A DNA stretch of 64,000 bases from NCBI GenBank assembly GCA_965198115.1, contig OZ240241.1, forward strand, positions 1,920,001 through 1,984,000, read 5' to 3'. The stretch's first letter is position 1, and every line of letters begins with the position of its first letter. The DNA comes from Candidatus Latescibacterota bacterium (lineage in GTDB: Bacteria; Latescibacterota; UBA2968). Below, one piece after another: positions 46,868-58,246 of the stretch. Below the pieces are notes generated by a model. It saw nothing but the letters and a program-made list of their open reading frames with translations, was not told the origin of the DNA and searched no databases. The position numbers were made by a program, and so were the translations under genes.

Positions 46868-49800
46868 TCAGTCTGCGGCCTGGCCGTCTTCCAGGATCAC
46901 GTCCAGACACAGACTCTGGAGTTCCTTGACGAGCACGTTGAAGGATTCGGGAACACCCGGCTCGGGCGGGTTTTCCCCCTTCACGATCGCTTCGTAAATC
47001 TTGGAACGTCCCGCGACATCGTCCGATTTTACCGTCAGCATTTCCTGCAGCATGTGTGCGGCGCCGTAGGCTTCGAGCGCCCACACCTCCATCTCTCCGA
47101 ATCGCTGCCCACCGAACTGGGCCTTTCCGCCCAGCGGCTGCTGCGTGACCAGCGAGTAGGGGCCGATCGATCGGGCGTGCATCTTGTCGCTCACGAGGTG
47201 CGACAGCTTGAGCATGTAGATGTAGCCCACCATGACTTCCTTGTCGAACGGATCGCCTGTCCTCCCGTCGTAAAGAACCGACTTCCCCGAACCTGGCAGA
47301 CCGGCATCGCTCAACGCGGTTCGGATCTCCTCGAGCGATGCGCCGTCGAACACCGGTGTGGCCATGTGGGTGCCCAGCGCGTGTGCGGCCCAGCCCAAGT
47401 GGGTCTCCAGGATCTGTCCCAGGTTCATCCGCGATGGCACACCCAGCGGGTTCAGAATGAGGTCGATCGGTGTCCCGTCGGGCATGTAGGGCATGTCTTC
47501 TTCGGGCACGATGATCGAAACGACACCCTTATTCCCGTGTCGACCGGCCATCTTGTCGCCGACCATCAGCTTGCGCTTTCGTGCGACGTAGACCTTGACC
47601 AGCTGGACGATCCCCGGTGGAAGCTCGTCGCCACGCTGGATCTTTTCGAGATCGCGCTCCAACTCATCCTCGGCCTGACGCTCCAGGTCGAGCGACAACT
47701 CGACCAGCCGCGCAATCTTCCGGTTCGTTTGCAGATTGTCGGCCCACTGTTCTTCGGGGCGGTGCTTTCTGAAGTCCAGTTTCTCGAGTACGCGGTCGGT
47801 AAAAACCGTTCCCGATCGCACGACGACCGAGTCGTCCTCGATGTCGCGAATCGTGTTGACCCGCTCCCCGTCGATGAGGGCCAGGACCTGCTCGTTCCGG
47901 CTCTCCTCGATCGACCGAATGCGGTCGGCCGCGTCCTTTCTGGCGGCATTGCTCCTTTCCCGGTCGGCCTTGCGCGTTTTCTCGTCGCGTTCCTTCCGGG
48001 AAAAGACCTTGCGGTCCATCACAACACCATCCATCCCCGGCGGGGCTTTGAGCGATGCGTCTCGCACGTCTCCGGCCTTCTCCCCAAAAATGGCCCGGAG
48101 CAGCCGCTCCTCCGGCGACAGTTCGGTCTCGCCCTTGGGCGTCACCTTCCCGACCAGAATGTCACCCGATCCGACCTCGGCGCCGACACGAATGATACCG
48201 TGCTCATCGAGGTTGGCGACCGCCTGCTCGCTCACATTCGGAATCTCTCGGGTGATCTCCTCGGTGCCGCGCTTGGTATCGCGAACCTGGAGCTCGAACT
48301 CTTCGATGTGGATGGACGTGAAGATGTCCCTCTTGATCAGTCGCTCTGAGACGATGATCGCGTCCTCGAAGTTGTAACCGTTCCAAGACATGAAGGCGCA
48401 CAGGACGTTGGCTCCCAGCGCCAGGTCGCCCCGGTCAGTGGCCGCGCCGTCGGCGAGCACCTGGCCCTCTTCGACTCGATCGCCCGTCTTCACGATGGGC
48501 TTTTGGTTGATGCACATGTCCTGGTTGGAGCGTTTAAACTTTGTGAGGTCGTAAATGTCCTCATCCGTCAAACCCACGAGCTCACCGGCTCGATTCCGCC
48601 GGTGCTTGATGATAATTCGGTCGGCACTCACGTAAGACACTGTGCCGGCGTGGGCGGCCGACACAACGGCCTTCGAGTCGATGGCCACCTTCCGTTCCAT
48701 CCCAGTACCGACGTAGGGAGCGTCCGTACGCAGCAGCGGAACAGCCTGGCGCTGCATGTTCGATCCCATCAGGGCTCGGTTGGCGTCGTCGTGTTCGAGG
48801 AACGGAATGAGTGCAGCAGCCGCACTCACGAGTTGGCACGGCGAAACGTCCATGTAGCCTATATCGCCGGGCGGCAGGACCGGATAGTCCGCACGTCGAC
48901 GCACCTGTATCAGGTCCCCCTCGAACCGCCCGCGCCCATCGACCGGCGCGTTGGCCTGCGCAACGATCTGCTTGTCTTCCTGATCCGCGGTCAAATACTC
49001 GACCGACTCCCCGACCCGACCGCCTTCGACTCTTCGATAGGGCGTCTCGAGAAAGCCAAACGGGTTGACCTTGGCGTAGGTGGACAACGACGCGATCAGA
49101 CCGATGTTCGGGCCCTCAGGCGTCTCGATCGGGCAAATCCGGCCGTAGTGGGTGTGGTGCACGTCACGCACTTCGAAACCGGCGCGATCGCGTGTTAAAC
49201 CACCCGGCCCGAGGGCGGAGAGCCGTCTCTTGTGGGTCAGTTCATCGAGGGGATTCGTCTGTTGCAAGAACTGCGACAGCTGGCTGCTTCCGAAGAACGC
49301 CTGAACCACGGTCGAAACGGTCCGGGCGTTGACTAGGTCGTGCGGCGTCAGCTGGTCTGAATCACGCAGACTCATTCGCTCCCGAATCGTACGTGCCATA
49401 CGCGAAAGGCCGATCGAGAACTGGTTACCGAGGAGTTCGCCCACCGATCGTACACGCCGGTTGCCCAAGTGATCGATGTCATCCGTGTAGCCCTCGCCCT
49501 TAAACAGGACAATGATGTATCGGATCACCTTCAGAAAATCTTCGATGCAGAGCGTCGTAAAATCGAGGGGGATGTTCATGTCGAGCCGCTCGTTCATTCG
49601 ATACCGGCCGACGTCGCCCAGATGGTAGCGTCGCGGGCTGAAGAACTGACGTTCGAGCAGGCCGCGAGCCGTTTCGATGTTGGGCGGGTCCCCCGGCCGC
49701 AGGAGGCTGTAGATTCGGGACAGGGCTTCTTCGTCGTTGTCGCAGGGGTCCTTGGCCAGCGTATTCGAAATCACTCCGGCGTCGTCTTCGGGGTTCACGT

Positions 49801-50641
49801 CGATGACCCGAAGCTTGCGGATTTTCGCGGCCGTGAGCGCTTCGAGATGCTCCTCCGTGATCGTCGTGAACGCCTCCGCGATCACCTCACCCGACTTCTT
49901 GTCGACGATGTCATCGAGGGTCACTTCACCCACGACTTCTTCGTCGAACTTGATCTCCTTGTCCTCGTGGAACATCCAGAGGATTTCTTCGCTGCGGCCG
50001 TAGCCGAGTGCGCGCAGGAACGTGGAGACGGGAAGCTTTCGCTTCCGGTCGATGTGGACATACATGATGTCGTTGATGTCCAGACTGAACTCGAGCCACG
50101 CGCCCTTGTATGGGATGATTCGCGCGGAGAAAAGGCGCTTTCCGTTCGGATGGATATTTTCGTCGAAGAAAACGCCTGGCGAGCGGTGTAGCTGGCTGAC
50201 GATCACGCGCTCAGATCCGTTGATGATGAACGTACCCTCGCCCGTCATCAACGGCAGTTCGCCCAGGAAGACCGTCTGTTCGACGATGTCCTTCACGCGG
50301 AATTCGTTGTCTCCCAGTTTCTCACGGGCAACCAGTCGAAGTGTGGCCCGAAGGGGGGCCGCGTAGGTCGTGCCCCGCTCGAGGCACTCTTCGACCTCGT
50401 ATTTGGGTGTTCCGATCGAGTAGTCGACGAACTCGAGCGAGAACAGGTTGTGAACGTCCGTGATGGGAAAGATGCTGGTGAAGACGGCCTGCAGACCCTG
50501 ATTTTGCCGCTCACTCGGGAGCAATGCCCGCTGCAGAAAGCCGTTGTAGGAGTGTAACTGAATGTCCAGCAGGTTCGGCATGTCGATGGCGGCCGCCAGG
50601 CTGCCATAGGTTCTTCTCTCGATATATCCGTTTTCGGCCAA
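46868..50641 (-). CDS. rpoB: RNA polymerase beta subunit
   Basis: [22 protein letters not shown]; TTG start after AGGAG. Confidence 0.98.
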   Translation of the reverse strand: MAENGYIERRTYGSLAAAIDMPNLLDIQLHSYNGFLQRALLPSERQNQGLQAVFTSIFPITDVHNLFSLEFVDYSIGTPKYEVEECLERGTTYAAPLRATLRLVAREKLGDNEFRVKDIVEQTVFLGELPLMTGEGTFIINGSERVIVSQLHRSPGVFFDENIHPNGKRLFSARIIPYKGAWLEFSLDINDIMYVHIDRKRKLPVSTFLRALGYGRSEEILWMFHEDKEIKFDEEVVGEVTLDDIVDKKSGEVIAEAFTTITEEHLEALTAAKIRKLRVIDVNPEDDAGVISNTLAKDPCDNDEEALSRIYSLLRPGDPPNIETARGLLERQFFSPRRYHLGDVGRYRMNERLDMNIPLDFTTLCIEDFLKVIRYIIVLFKGEGYTDDIDHLGNRRVRSVGELLGNQFSIGLSRMARTIRERMSLRDSDQLTPHDLVNARTVSTVVQAFFGSSQLSQFLQQTNPLDELTHKRRLSALGPGGLTRDRAGFEVRDVHHTHYGRICPIETPEGPNIGLIASLSTYAKVNPFGFLETPYRRVEGGRVGESVEYLTADQEDKQIVAQANAPVDGRGRFEGDLIQVRRRADYPVLPPGDIGYMDVSPCQLVSAAAALIPFLEHDDANRALMGSNMQRQAVPLLRTDAPYVGTGMERKVAIDSKAVVSAAHAGTVSYVSADRIIIKHRRNRAGELVGLTDEDIYDLTKFKRSNQDMCINQKPIVKTGDRVEEGQVLADGAATDRGDLALGANVLCAFMSWNGYNFEDAIIVSERLIKRDIFTSIHIEEFELQVRDTKRGTEEITREIPNVSEQAVANLDEHGIIRVGAEVGSGDILVGKVTPKGETELSPEERLLRAIFGEKAGDVRDASLKAPPGMDGVVMDRKVFSRKERDEKTRKADRERSNAARKDAADRIRSIEESRNEQVLALIDGERVNTIRDIEDDSVVVRSGTVFTDRVLEKLDFRKHRPEEQWADNLQTNRKIARLVELSLDLERQAEDELERDLEKIQRGDELPPGIVQLVKVYVARKRKLMVGDKMAGRHGNKGVVSIIVPEEDMPYMPDGTPIDLILNPLGVPSRMNLGQILETHLGWAAHALGTHMATPVFDGASLEEIRTALSDAGLPGSGKSVLYDGRTGDPFDKEVMVGYIYMLKLSHLVSDKMHARSIGPYSLVTQQPLGGKAQFGGQRFGEMEVWALEAYGAAHMLQEMLTVKSDDVAGRSKIYEAIVKGENPPEPGVPESFNVLVKELQSLCLDVILEDGQAAD

Positions 50642-50739
50642 GGTCGCTCTCCTGTGGTGGGGTTCAGACCAAAGGCCGGGAACACGGAATCCACTCGGAT
50701 CCGGCCCGGCCAACAGTCGTCGACGTCGAGGTTCAAGTC

Positions 50740-51117
50740 CTACTTGACCTCGACCACAGCCCCTACCTCTTCGAGTTCCTTCTTGATTTCCTCGGCCTCA
50801 TCCTTGCTCACCCCCTCCTTAACCGGGTTGGGTGCACCATCGACGAGCGCCTTGGCCTCCTTGAGGCCAAGGTTGGTGATGCTCCGGACGACCTTGATCA
50901 CCTGGATCTTCTTGTCACCTGCTGCAGACAGGATGACGTCGAACTCGGACTGCTCTTCGGCTGCGCCGCCCTCGGCGGCAGGTCCGCCGGCCGCCGGGGC
51001 CGCAACAACGGCCGCCTGCGCAGAGACCCCGAACTTCTCTTCGAGCGCTTTCACCAGCTCGGCCAACTCGAGCACAGAAAGCTTCTCGATCTCTTCAATG
51101 ATGTTTTCTACGGCCAT
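50740..51117 (-). CDS. rplL: 50S ribosomal protein L7/L12
   Basis: [15 protein letters not shown]. Confidence 0.97.
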   Translation of the reverse strand: MAVENIIEEIEKLSVLELAELVKALEEKFGVSAQAAVVAAPAAGGPAAEGGAAEEQSEFDVILSAAGDKKIQVIKVVRSITNLGLKEAKALVDGAPNPVKEGVSKDEAEEIKKELEEVGAVVEVK

Positions 51118-51203
51118 CTGGGACATCCTCCATCGGACGAGGGGGTTGTAATGGTTTCCATCAAATGTTTCAGGTTAACTGATTATAAGACAATAGATTA
51201 TGA

Positions 51204-51728
51204 CTATTCGGATTGTTTTTTATCGGCCAGTGCTTGCAACGTGCCTACGAGGCTCTGCAAGAGTCCTGACAGGGCGAACACCAGACCCGAAACCGGACTC
51301 TGAATAGTCGTCACGACCTGCGTGAGCAGAACGTCTCGAGTAGGAAGCTGGGCCAGCGCCTCGACCTGCTCCTCGACGAAGATTTCGCCCTCCAGCAGAC
51401 CCAATTTGACGCGCGGCTTTCCATCCGTGACTTTGGCGAAATCGGAAAGCAGCTTGGCCGGAGCGATCGGATCCTCATCGGTATAAACCAACCCGGTGGG
51501 ACCTTCAAGCGCGCCGAGGAGCCCATCCACGCCGGCTTTCGTCGCAGCCAGCTTTGCGAGCCGGTTCTTCACCACTTTGAAACCAACCTGCTCGGCGAAG
51601 AGCTTCTTCCTCAGCTGGGTAAAGGCCGGAACGTCCAGTCCCGTGAAATCGGCCAGGTAGACGCTCTTGGATTGCTGGAATAGCTCGGCCATCTCTTCGA
51701 CGGCTTGTTCTTTCTCTACGGTCGGCAT
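51204..51728 (-). CDS. rplJ: 50S ribosomal protein L10
   Basis: DFTGL, VVKNRL, GPT. Confidence 0.95.
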   Translation of the reverse strand: MPTVEKEQAVEEMAELFQQSKSVYLADFTGLDVPAFTQLRKKLFAEQVGFKVVKNRLAKLAATKAGVDGLLGALEGPTGLVYTDEDPIAPAKLLSDFAKVTDGKPRVKLGLLEGEIFVEEQVEALAQLPTRDVLLTQVVTTIQSPVSGLVFALSGLLQSLVGTLQALADKKQSE

Positions 51729-51749
51729 GTCGGCCTCAGATTCGCTCGG

Positions 51750-52442
51750 TCAGGATAGGGCGTTACGGTCCAAGCGCACACCCGGGCTCATGGTCTTCGA
51801 GATCGTCGCCGAGCGAACATATTGACCCTTGGATGCAGCGGGCTTGGCCTTGAGAATGATATCGAGGACGGTCTGCAGATTCTCGGCGAGTGCATCGGGC
51901 TCGAACGACGATTTCCCGATCAGCACGTGAATGTTCGACTGCTTGTCGACGCGAAACTCTACACGCCCGGCTTTGGCCTCCTCGACGGCTTTTGCGGGGT
52001 CGGGCGTCACCGTACCGCTCTTGGGGTTCGGCATCAAACCGCGGGGACCGAGCACACGCCCCAGACGACCGACTGTGCCCATCATGTCGGGGGTTGCGAT
52101 CGCAACGTCGAAATCCGTCCACCCCCCTTGAACCCTCTCGGCCAGGTCGTCGGCCCCGACGTGATCGGCCCCGGCCGCTTCAGCAGCAGCGGCCGGCTCA
52201 CCCTTGGCGAACACCACGATGCGGATCGTCTTACCCAACCCTCTCGGGAGGGAGACCGTGCCTCGAACCTGCTGATCGGCGTGACGCGGATCGACACCCA
52301 GTCGCACCGACAATTCGACTGACTCGTCGAATTTCTTCTCGGGCATCTTTTTCAGAATCTCTACTGCTTCGTCGACCGAATACTGCGTCTTTCGGTCGAA
52401 CAACTCACGTGAAGCAGCGTATTTTCTTCCTGATTTGCCCAC
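51750..52442 (-). CDS. rplA: 50S ribosomal protein L1
   Basis: [16 protein letters not shown]. Confidence 0.97.
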   Translation of the reverse strand: MGKSGRKYAASRELFDRKTQYSVDEAVEILKKMPEKKFDESVELSVRLGVDPRHADQQVRGTVSLPRGLGKTIRIVVFAKGEPAAAAEAAGADHVGADDLAERVQGGWTDFDVAIATPDMMGTVGRLGRVLGPRGLMPNPKSGTVTPDPAKAVEEAKAGRVEFRVDKQSNIHVLIGKSSFEPDALAENLQTVLDIILKAKPAASKGQYVRSATISKTMSPGVRLDRNALS

Positions 52443-52460
52443 GATTCCTCCCCCTGGACG

Positions 52461-52943
52461 TTACCCTTCGACGGGTTGAGGTTCGGCCGATGGCTCGACA
52501 GGCAGCGGCTCGACAGGTAGGCCATCGACATTGATGCCCGCGCTTCGCGCCGTGCCCTCGATGATGCGCATGGCGGCCTCGACCGTCTGAGCGTTCAGAT
52601 CGACCATCTTCATTTCTGCGATTTCGCGAACTTGCTCCGGCGTCACCGATCCGACCTTTATCCGGTTCGACTCGGGCGACCCCTTGTCGAGCCCGGCCGC
52701 CTTTTTGAGTAAAACCGCTGCGGGCGGCGTCTTGAGAATGAACGAGAAGCTGCGATCGGCGTATACCGTAATAATGGCCGGGATGATCAGCCCGGCCTTT
52801 TCCTGGGTCTGCGCGTTGAACGCCTTGCAGAATTCCATGATGTTCACACCGTGCTGGCCCAGTGCCGGGCCCACGGGGGGGGTGGGTGTCGCTTGCCCGG
52901 CCGGGATCTGCAGCTTGATCGTCGTGAGGACTTTCTTGGCCAT
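52461..52943 (-). CDS. rplK: 50S ribosomal protein L11 with a Pro/Glu C-terminal extension
   Basis: [22 protein letters not shown]. Confidence 0.97.
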   Translation of the reverse strand: MAKKVLTTIKLQIPAGQATPTPPVGPALGQHGVNIMEFCKAFNAQTQEKAGLIIPAIITVYADRSFSFILKTPPAAVLLKKAAGLDKGSPESNRIKVGSVTPEQVREIAEMKMVDLNAQTVEAAMRIIEGTARSAGINVDGLPVEPLPVEPSAEPQPVEG

Positions 52944-52953
52944 GGGTTCCTTT

Positions 52954-53520
52954 TTAGGCTTCGGTGACCGTTTCGACCTGGAGAACGTCCAACTCCACGG
53001 GTGTGTTGCGACCGAAAATGCTGACCATCACCTTGATCTTGCTCTTTTCGGGGTTGATGTCGTCGACCAGACCGATGAAATCGCTAAAAGGTCCGTCGGT
53101 CACCTTGACCCGGTCGCCGATTCGGTAGGGAATCTCGGTCACCTCACGCGTCTGACTGCGGTCGGCCTGCCCGAGAATCCGCTGGACTTCCTCGTCCTGC
53201 AGTGGCTGTGGGCGCCTCCCGGGACCCACGAAGCTCGTGACACCGGGCACGTTGGTCACGAAGTGCAGCGTTTCCTTGTCCATGTCCATTCGGACGAGCA
53301 CGTAGCTGGGAAGGAACTTCTTTTGGGATGTGGTCTTACGGCCGTCTCGCATCTCGACAACTTCTTCGGTGGGAACAACCACTTGCTCGATTTTCTCGTC
53401 GAGCCCTGCCCCGCCTTTGGCATTGTCGATGTAGCTGCACACCTTGTTCTCGTGCCCGGAGTAGGTGTGAACGACATACCATCGTTTTGCCATCGCTGTA
53501 GCCTCGTTGTCCTCGGCCAT
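52954..53520 (-). CDS. nusG: Transcription termination/antitermination factor NusG
   Basis: [13 protein letters not shown] domain, [10 protein letters not shown]. Confidence 0.97.
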   Translation of the reverse strand: MAEDNEATAMAKRWYVVHTYSGHENKVCSYIDNAKGGAGLDEKIEQVVVPTEEVVEMRDGRKTTSQKKFLPSYVLVRMDMDKETLHFVTNVPGVTSFVGPGRRPQPLQDEEVQRILGQADRSQTREVTEIPYRIGDRVKVTDGPFSDFIGLVDDINPEKSKIKVMVSIFGRNTPVELDVLQVETVTEA

Positions 53521-53523
53521 CGG

Positions 53524-53709
53524 TCAGTTGAGGATCTGGTTCATCACGAAGGACAACACCGTGTCAGCCACAAAAATGAACAGGGCCAGTGCCAGAGAAA
53601 CGGTGAGAACCACTGACGTCGAGGTCGTCAATTCGTCTCGGGTGGGCCACGTCACCTTTGCCATCTCGTTCCGGACTTCTTCCAGAAGTCGGGCAATCCT
53701 GCCGAACAT
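53524..53709 (-). CDS. secE: Preprotein translocase subunit SecE
   Basis: EMAKVTWPT followed by one TM helix. Confidence 0.93.
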   Translation of the reverse strand: MFGRIARLLEEVRNEMAKVTWPTRDELTTSTSVVLTVSLALALFIFVADTVLSFVMNQILN

Positions 53710-53759
53710 TGTGCGATTATCGTCCTGTGTACCGGGCCGGGGAGGACCGAAGTAAAGGG

Positions 53760-53835
53760 TGGCAGGCCAGACAGGAATCGAACCCGTAACCGCCGGTTTT
53801 GGAGACCGGTGCTCTACCAATTGAGCTACTGGCCT
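53760..53835 (-). tRNA. tRNA-Trp (CCA)
   Basis: 76-nt cloverleaf, anticodon CCA, encoded 3' CCA. Confidence 0.95.
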
Positions 53836-53872
53836 ACGCCATTCCCAGGACCGGGGATGCCCCGATCTAACC

Positions 53873-53948
53873 TGGAGCCCACGACCGGACTCGAACCGGT
53901 GACCTCCTCCTTACCAAGGAGGTGCTCTACCGACTGAGCTACATGGGC
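53873..53948 (-). tRNA. tRNA-Thr (GGT)
   Basis: GCCCATGTAGCTCAG...TTGGTAA...GGGCTCCA. Confidence 0.95.
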
Positions 53949-53988
53949 TCGGCAGCCCGATCGTAGTCCCAGACCGAGCTCGCACGAG

Positions 53989-54064
<76 letters not shown>

Positions 54065-54139
54065 CCTAGCAGCATTTTTCTCGGATTGATTGTGACACCT
54101 GGTAATGCGGACAGACCGATGAAAAAACCACAGACTAAA

Positions 54140-54168
54140 AAACTATTAAAGTTACGAAAAAGAGTCAA
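54140..54168 (-). promoter_or_regulatory. sigma70 promoter for tRNA-Gly/Thr/Trp-secE-nusG
   Basis: TTGACT-17 bp-TAGTTT in an AT-rich spacer. Confidence 0.6.
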
Positions 54169-54335
54169 GTGATTTCTTAAGCTTTCCTTTTCCGCAACAA
54201 AAGCTGTAACTCTGGTAAAATAAGCGGCTTGGACCGCGAACTGACGAGGATGGGGAGTCGGTGTTGGGTGGATATTCGGATGGAGTCGCTCCTCCCGGAA
54301 AGCACCCGGGAGGGAGAGACGCGAGAGAAGTTTTT

Positions 54336-54421
54336 TGGTGGGGAGTGGCGGATTCGAACCACCGAAGGCGATAGCCAACAGATTTACAGTCTGCCCCGTT
54401 TGACCGCTCCGGAAACTCCCC
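54336..54421 (-). tRNA. tRNA-Tyr (GTA)
   Basis: 86-nt tRNA with a long variable arm, anticodon loop CTGTAAA. Confidence 0.95.
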
Positions 54422-54445
54422 ACAAAATTGGCAAATAGGCCGCGT

Positions 54446-54474
54446 AAAATACAGGCCGTGTCAGACCAAGTCAA
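54446..54474 (-). promoter_or_regulatory. sigma70 promoter for tRNA-Tyr
   Basis: TTGACT-17 bp-TATTTT. Confidence 0.55.
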
Positions 54475-54511
54475 GCCGATTTTCCCCCATTCTGGCGCTT
54501 CTTCGTCCGAA

Positions 54512-54540
54512 TTGACTTCAGGATCCGGAAGTGATATTAT
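54512..54540 (+). promoter_or_regulatory. Divergent sigma70 promoter
   Basis: TTGACT-17 bp-TATTAT. Confidence 0.6.
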
Positions 54541-54610
54541 TCACGCACTTTTGATGGATCGTCGTCGATCGGCGACGTATTTCAATGCCTCGAAAGGAGC
54601 GTGCGTCCAA

Positions 54611-55525
54611 ATGACCGAGCCCATTCACAGCTACGCCCGGATCGGCATCGTCCACTTTATGGCCTACAAGGCCTGCCTCCAGGGCGAGGGGCCCATACTG
54701 GAAACCATCGAAAAAATCGCCGTAGATCCGTATTTTCAGGCGATCGAGGTGACCCACATGAAGGACGCTGCTGTTCGCAAACAGGCAGCGGATCTGCTGC
54801 GGTCCTCTCACCTCGACGTCGCATTCGGCGCGCAGCCCATCATCTTGGTCAACCAGCTGAATCTGAACGCACTCGCGAAGGGCGACCGGCAGAAAGCGGT
54901 CGACGGCGTCAAGGGTGGCATCGACCAAGCAGAGGAACTGGGTGCACCCGGCGTCGGGTTTCTCTCCGGCCCCGACCCGGGTTCGGGCGATCGTGACGCG
55001 GCGGTCGACGCCCTGGTTTCCTCGATCGGCCAACTGTGCGAATACGCGGGCGAAAAAGGCATGTCGATGGTGATGGAAACGTTCGATCGGCTCCCGTTCG
55101 GAAAAAACTGCCTCGTCGGGCCAAACGCTTTGGCCGTCGAGGTTTCCTCGCGCGTGCGTCGTGAACACCCCAATTTCGGTCTGATGCTCGACCTTTCTCA
55201 TTTCCCCCTTCAGGGGGAGACGTCAGCCTATGCGCTCAACCTCGCCCGAGACCACATGGTCCACGCCCACATCGGCAACTGCGTGATGAGCAATCCCGAA
55301 CATCCCGCTTACGGCGACAACCACCCCCGGTTCGGATGTGAGGACGGCGAGAACGACGTCGCTGAAGCGGTCGAGTTCCTGCGTGAATTGCTCAACATCG
55401 GCTACCTCGACCCCGACAAGCGGCCGATTCTGAGTTTCGAGGTCGCTCCGATGGAAGGGGAGTCATCCGAGGTCATCATTACGAACGCTAAGCGCGTACT
55501 CGATACGGCTTGGGCTCAGGTCTGA
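54611..55525 (+). CDS. Sugar phosphate isomerase/epimerase (xylose isomerase-like TIM barrel)
   Basis: Metal-ligand pattern METFD, LDLSH, HAHIG, SFE; AAGGAG RBS. Confidence 0.8.
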   Translation: MTEPIHSYARIGIVHFMAYKACLQGEGPILETIEKIAVDPYFQAIEVTHMKDAAVRKQAADLLRSSHLDVAFGAQPIILVNQLNLNALAKGDRQKAVDGVKGGIDQAEELGAPGVGFLSGPDPGSGDRDAAVDALVSSIGQLCEYAGEKGMSMVMETFDRLPFGKNCLVGPNALAVEVSSRVRREHPNFGLMLDLSHFPLQGETSAYALNLARDHMVHAHIGNCVMSNPEHPAYGDNHPRFGCEDGENDVAEAVEFLRELLNIGYLDPDKRPILSFEVAPMEGESSEVIITNAKRVLDTAWAQV

Positions 55526-55614
55526 CTGGTCAGTCTGACCACTTAATCTCACATCTGATGCGACACGAAGGGCCGGGATCCCCAGCGGATGCCGGCCTTT
55601 CTATAAGGTCCACC

Positions 55615-58199
55615 ATGGTTCAAACCAAACGTCGTCTCCAGATCGCGACCTCGCTCGCTGTGGCTCTTCTGATCCTGGCCGTCGGGGTGGCCAGTGCGCT
55701 CACGGCAACGGGTCGTCTTCGTACGATGCTCGAACGTCAGATCGCCGAAGACAGTCACGTCATTGGCGAAAACCTGAAGATCATCATCCGTCAGGCCACC
55801 CGGGAGCTGGACCAAAGGGACCAGGCTTTCGATAAGGTTCAGGCCGTGTTGGAGAGCGTGCGGGTCGAAGGCTGGCGAGGGTTCGCGTGTGTGGTCGACA
55901 AGGACGGGCGCGTCGTAGCCCACCCGAACCCTGCCATGCGGGGAACCCGAGCCAGACTCGAGGAATACGCGGCCACGACGCTGTCACGGACGCCGGAGCG
56001 GGTCGATCTGCTGACCACGGATCCGGAGTCGACCACGGGCATCTTCCGGTCATCCGCCGACATCATCGCCATTCAGTGGCTACCACGGTTCATGACCTAT
56101 CTGTGTGTCCACCAGCCACACGGCGAGATCACGCGCAGGACGGACCGGATGCTCGCCGTCCTCGGGCAAGTCGGGGCCGTCTTCGTGATCATCGCTTCCG
56201 CCGGTAGCTGGTTCTTCGTCGGCTGGCTCGTGGATCGCTATGAGAGCCACGTCGCCCGGTCCGAAGCACAGAACCGTGCTCTCGTCGAAAGCAGTGATCC
56301 GATCATCGTCGCCGACCTCGACGGCCGCATCCTCACCCTCAATCCCGATGCGAGACGCCTCCTCGATATCGTGCCGGAAACAGATCCTACCGAAACACGA
56401 AGTCTGTGGGTCGACGACGATCGAGCGATGTTCGAACAGCTCGTGACTCAATCCGCCAACGGGGGGATCGTGGCCCACGACGGTCTTTCGATCCGCACAG
56501 TATCGGGGCGCACCGTGCCTGTCGCCGTCCGAGTTCGTCGCATCGCCTATGGCGCCGACACGGCCGTATACATACTTCTGCGGGACATCACCGACAGCCG
56601 GCGCGCTCAGGAAGAGATGCAGGAAGCCAACCGTGTCCTGCGCGAGCTGGACCGAATGAAGACCGACTTCCTGAACACGGTCTCCCACGAACTTCGCACA
56701 CCCCTGACATCGATCAAGTGGTCTGCGGAGTCGCTGGCTTCCTTAACCAAGGGTGACGACGAGAAGATCGACCGTCTCCTGACCATCATACGTGTGACGC
56801 CTTGCGATAATTCTCCGCCCAGCTTAAGCTATTCGCAGAATAGGCAGAATCGTTTCAATACGGTTAACAGTGGAGACCGTTCCCTAATGAGTTGAGGGTC
56901 ACCTAAGATCTGGCGGCCATGCGACATAGTGCCATAGGAGTACTTACAAGGCGCAACTGCCAAAAGCGGTTGTCGGACCTACGCCTGATGTCCCTTTCTT
57001 TACGCGAACGCGTTTGGCACATTCCGGGGGATCGGGACGCGAAACGCTCTCGACCTCCGACGGGTCCACGACCGGCAGCACCGCCAGGGAAACGGCCGAT
57101 TTTCTACCCCGCTTCGCCATTTTCGGGAAGCACCTTCAAAGCCGCCTTGTAGACAGACGCAAGCTCTTGTTTTTGAACTGGTTTAAGTGTTTCCGACACC
57201 TGAAAAACCCCCCTTTCGTCGACAACGGCCGCGATGCGCCCTCCGGAACGAAAATTAGGACGGATTAGTAAAAGAAACGGTCCACTACCGGTGTCCAAAA
57301 GAGAGCTGCTCGTTTCCACCCCCCCTACCCCCCTGGTGCGGGCCTCGGGCCAGCGACGCGCCCAGGGCCAACACCGCGCACCCCCTATGCCCGCTGGGAC
57401 TTGGCCTGGCCACGTCTTGAGCCTAATCGGTCGAAACGCGCTATTTTCGCGGTTCGAGAGCCTACTTCTCGCGCGTGTGGGAAAATGAAAAGGGCGCGGT
57501 CTACATCGGGACGCCCAGAGAGTTCATCCTCCCTTATCTCCGGTCGTCAGTTCTTGGTGCGTGAGAATGCGAATAGCGTAATCTGGGCGGGAATTTATCG
57601 TAAGCCGTAACATCATACGGAACGACAATCAGCGGCTGACGACGTTGATCGAGCAGTTGCTCAGCTTCTCCAGGATCGAAGCGGGTCAACTCGAACCGCG
57701 ATTCGGCGAGGTCGACCTGTCCGCTCTGATCGTCGACGCAGCCTCCGATATGGCCCCCCTCGCCCAGCAGAAAGGGGTGGCTCTGAGCCACCGCCTACCC
57801 GCAGAACGCGTCGTTGTCGAGGCCGACCGCGACCAGATTCGCCAGGTCATCGACAACCTGCTCGGGAATGGGGTCAAATACACGCCCACGGGGGGGTCGG
57901 TGTCGATCGCGCTATCCGGGGGTGATCCGGCCGAACTCGAGGTCACAGATACGGGTATCGGCATTCCCGAGACCGATCAGGAACGCGTGTTCGAGAAATT
58001 CTACCGTGTCGAGCAACACGAAGTGGAAGCCGAAAGTGGCACGGGCCTCGGTCTGGCCATCGTCGAGCGAATCGTTCACGCGCACGGGGGTCGGGTGGAG
58101 CTCGAAAGTCAGCCAGGGAGCGGCAGTTGCTTCAGGATCAGCCTCTCACGGTCGCGCCACAAGAGGCTGGAGAAATCGCGATCGGGGTCGATACAGTAA
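55615..58199 (+). pseudogene. Membrane sensor histidine kinase (Cache-like, PAS, HisKA, HATPase) interrupted by an 820-bp insertion
   Basis: VSHELRTPL precedes the insertion; N, G1 and G2 boxes follow it; removing the insertion restores LTIIRNDNQRLTTLIEQLL. Confidence 0.92.
56793..57612. mobile_element. Non-autonomous transposable element (820 bp, TGT...ACA ends)
   Basis: 45-bp terminal inverted repeats (37/45 identical); 7-bp target duplication TCATACG; no transposase. Confidence 0.9.
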
Positions 58200-58246
58200 G
58201 TAGATCAGTCTGTCCTGAAACGTCAGCCCATCGAAGGCACTCCCCC

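Noticed and set aside
42863-50366. Long plus-strand ORFs opposite rpoB/rpoC, and similar ones opposite purL, thrC and ribosomal genes
   Set aside because: Antisense shadow frames expected in GC-rich coding DNA; no recognisable motifs
56936-56946. AGGAGTACT inside the 820-bp element matching the IS630 right end
   Set aside because: Only 9 bp with no partner end; compatible with chance
57104-57319. 71-aa ORF inside the 820-bp element
   Set aside because: No recognisable motif; competing short ORFs on both strands are equally weak
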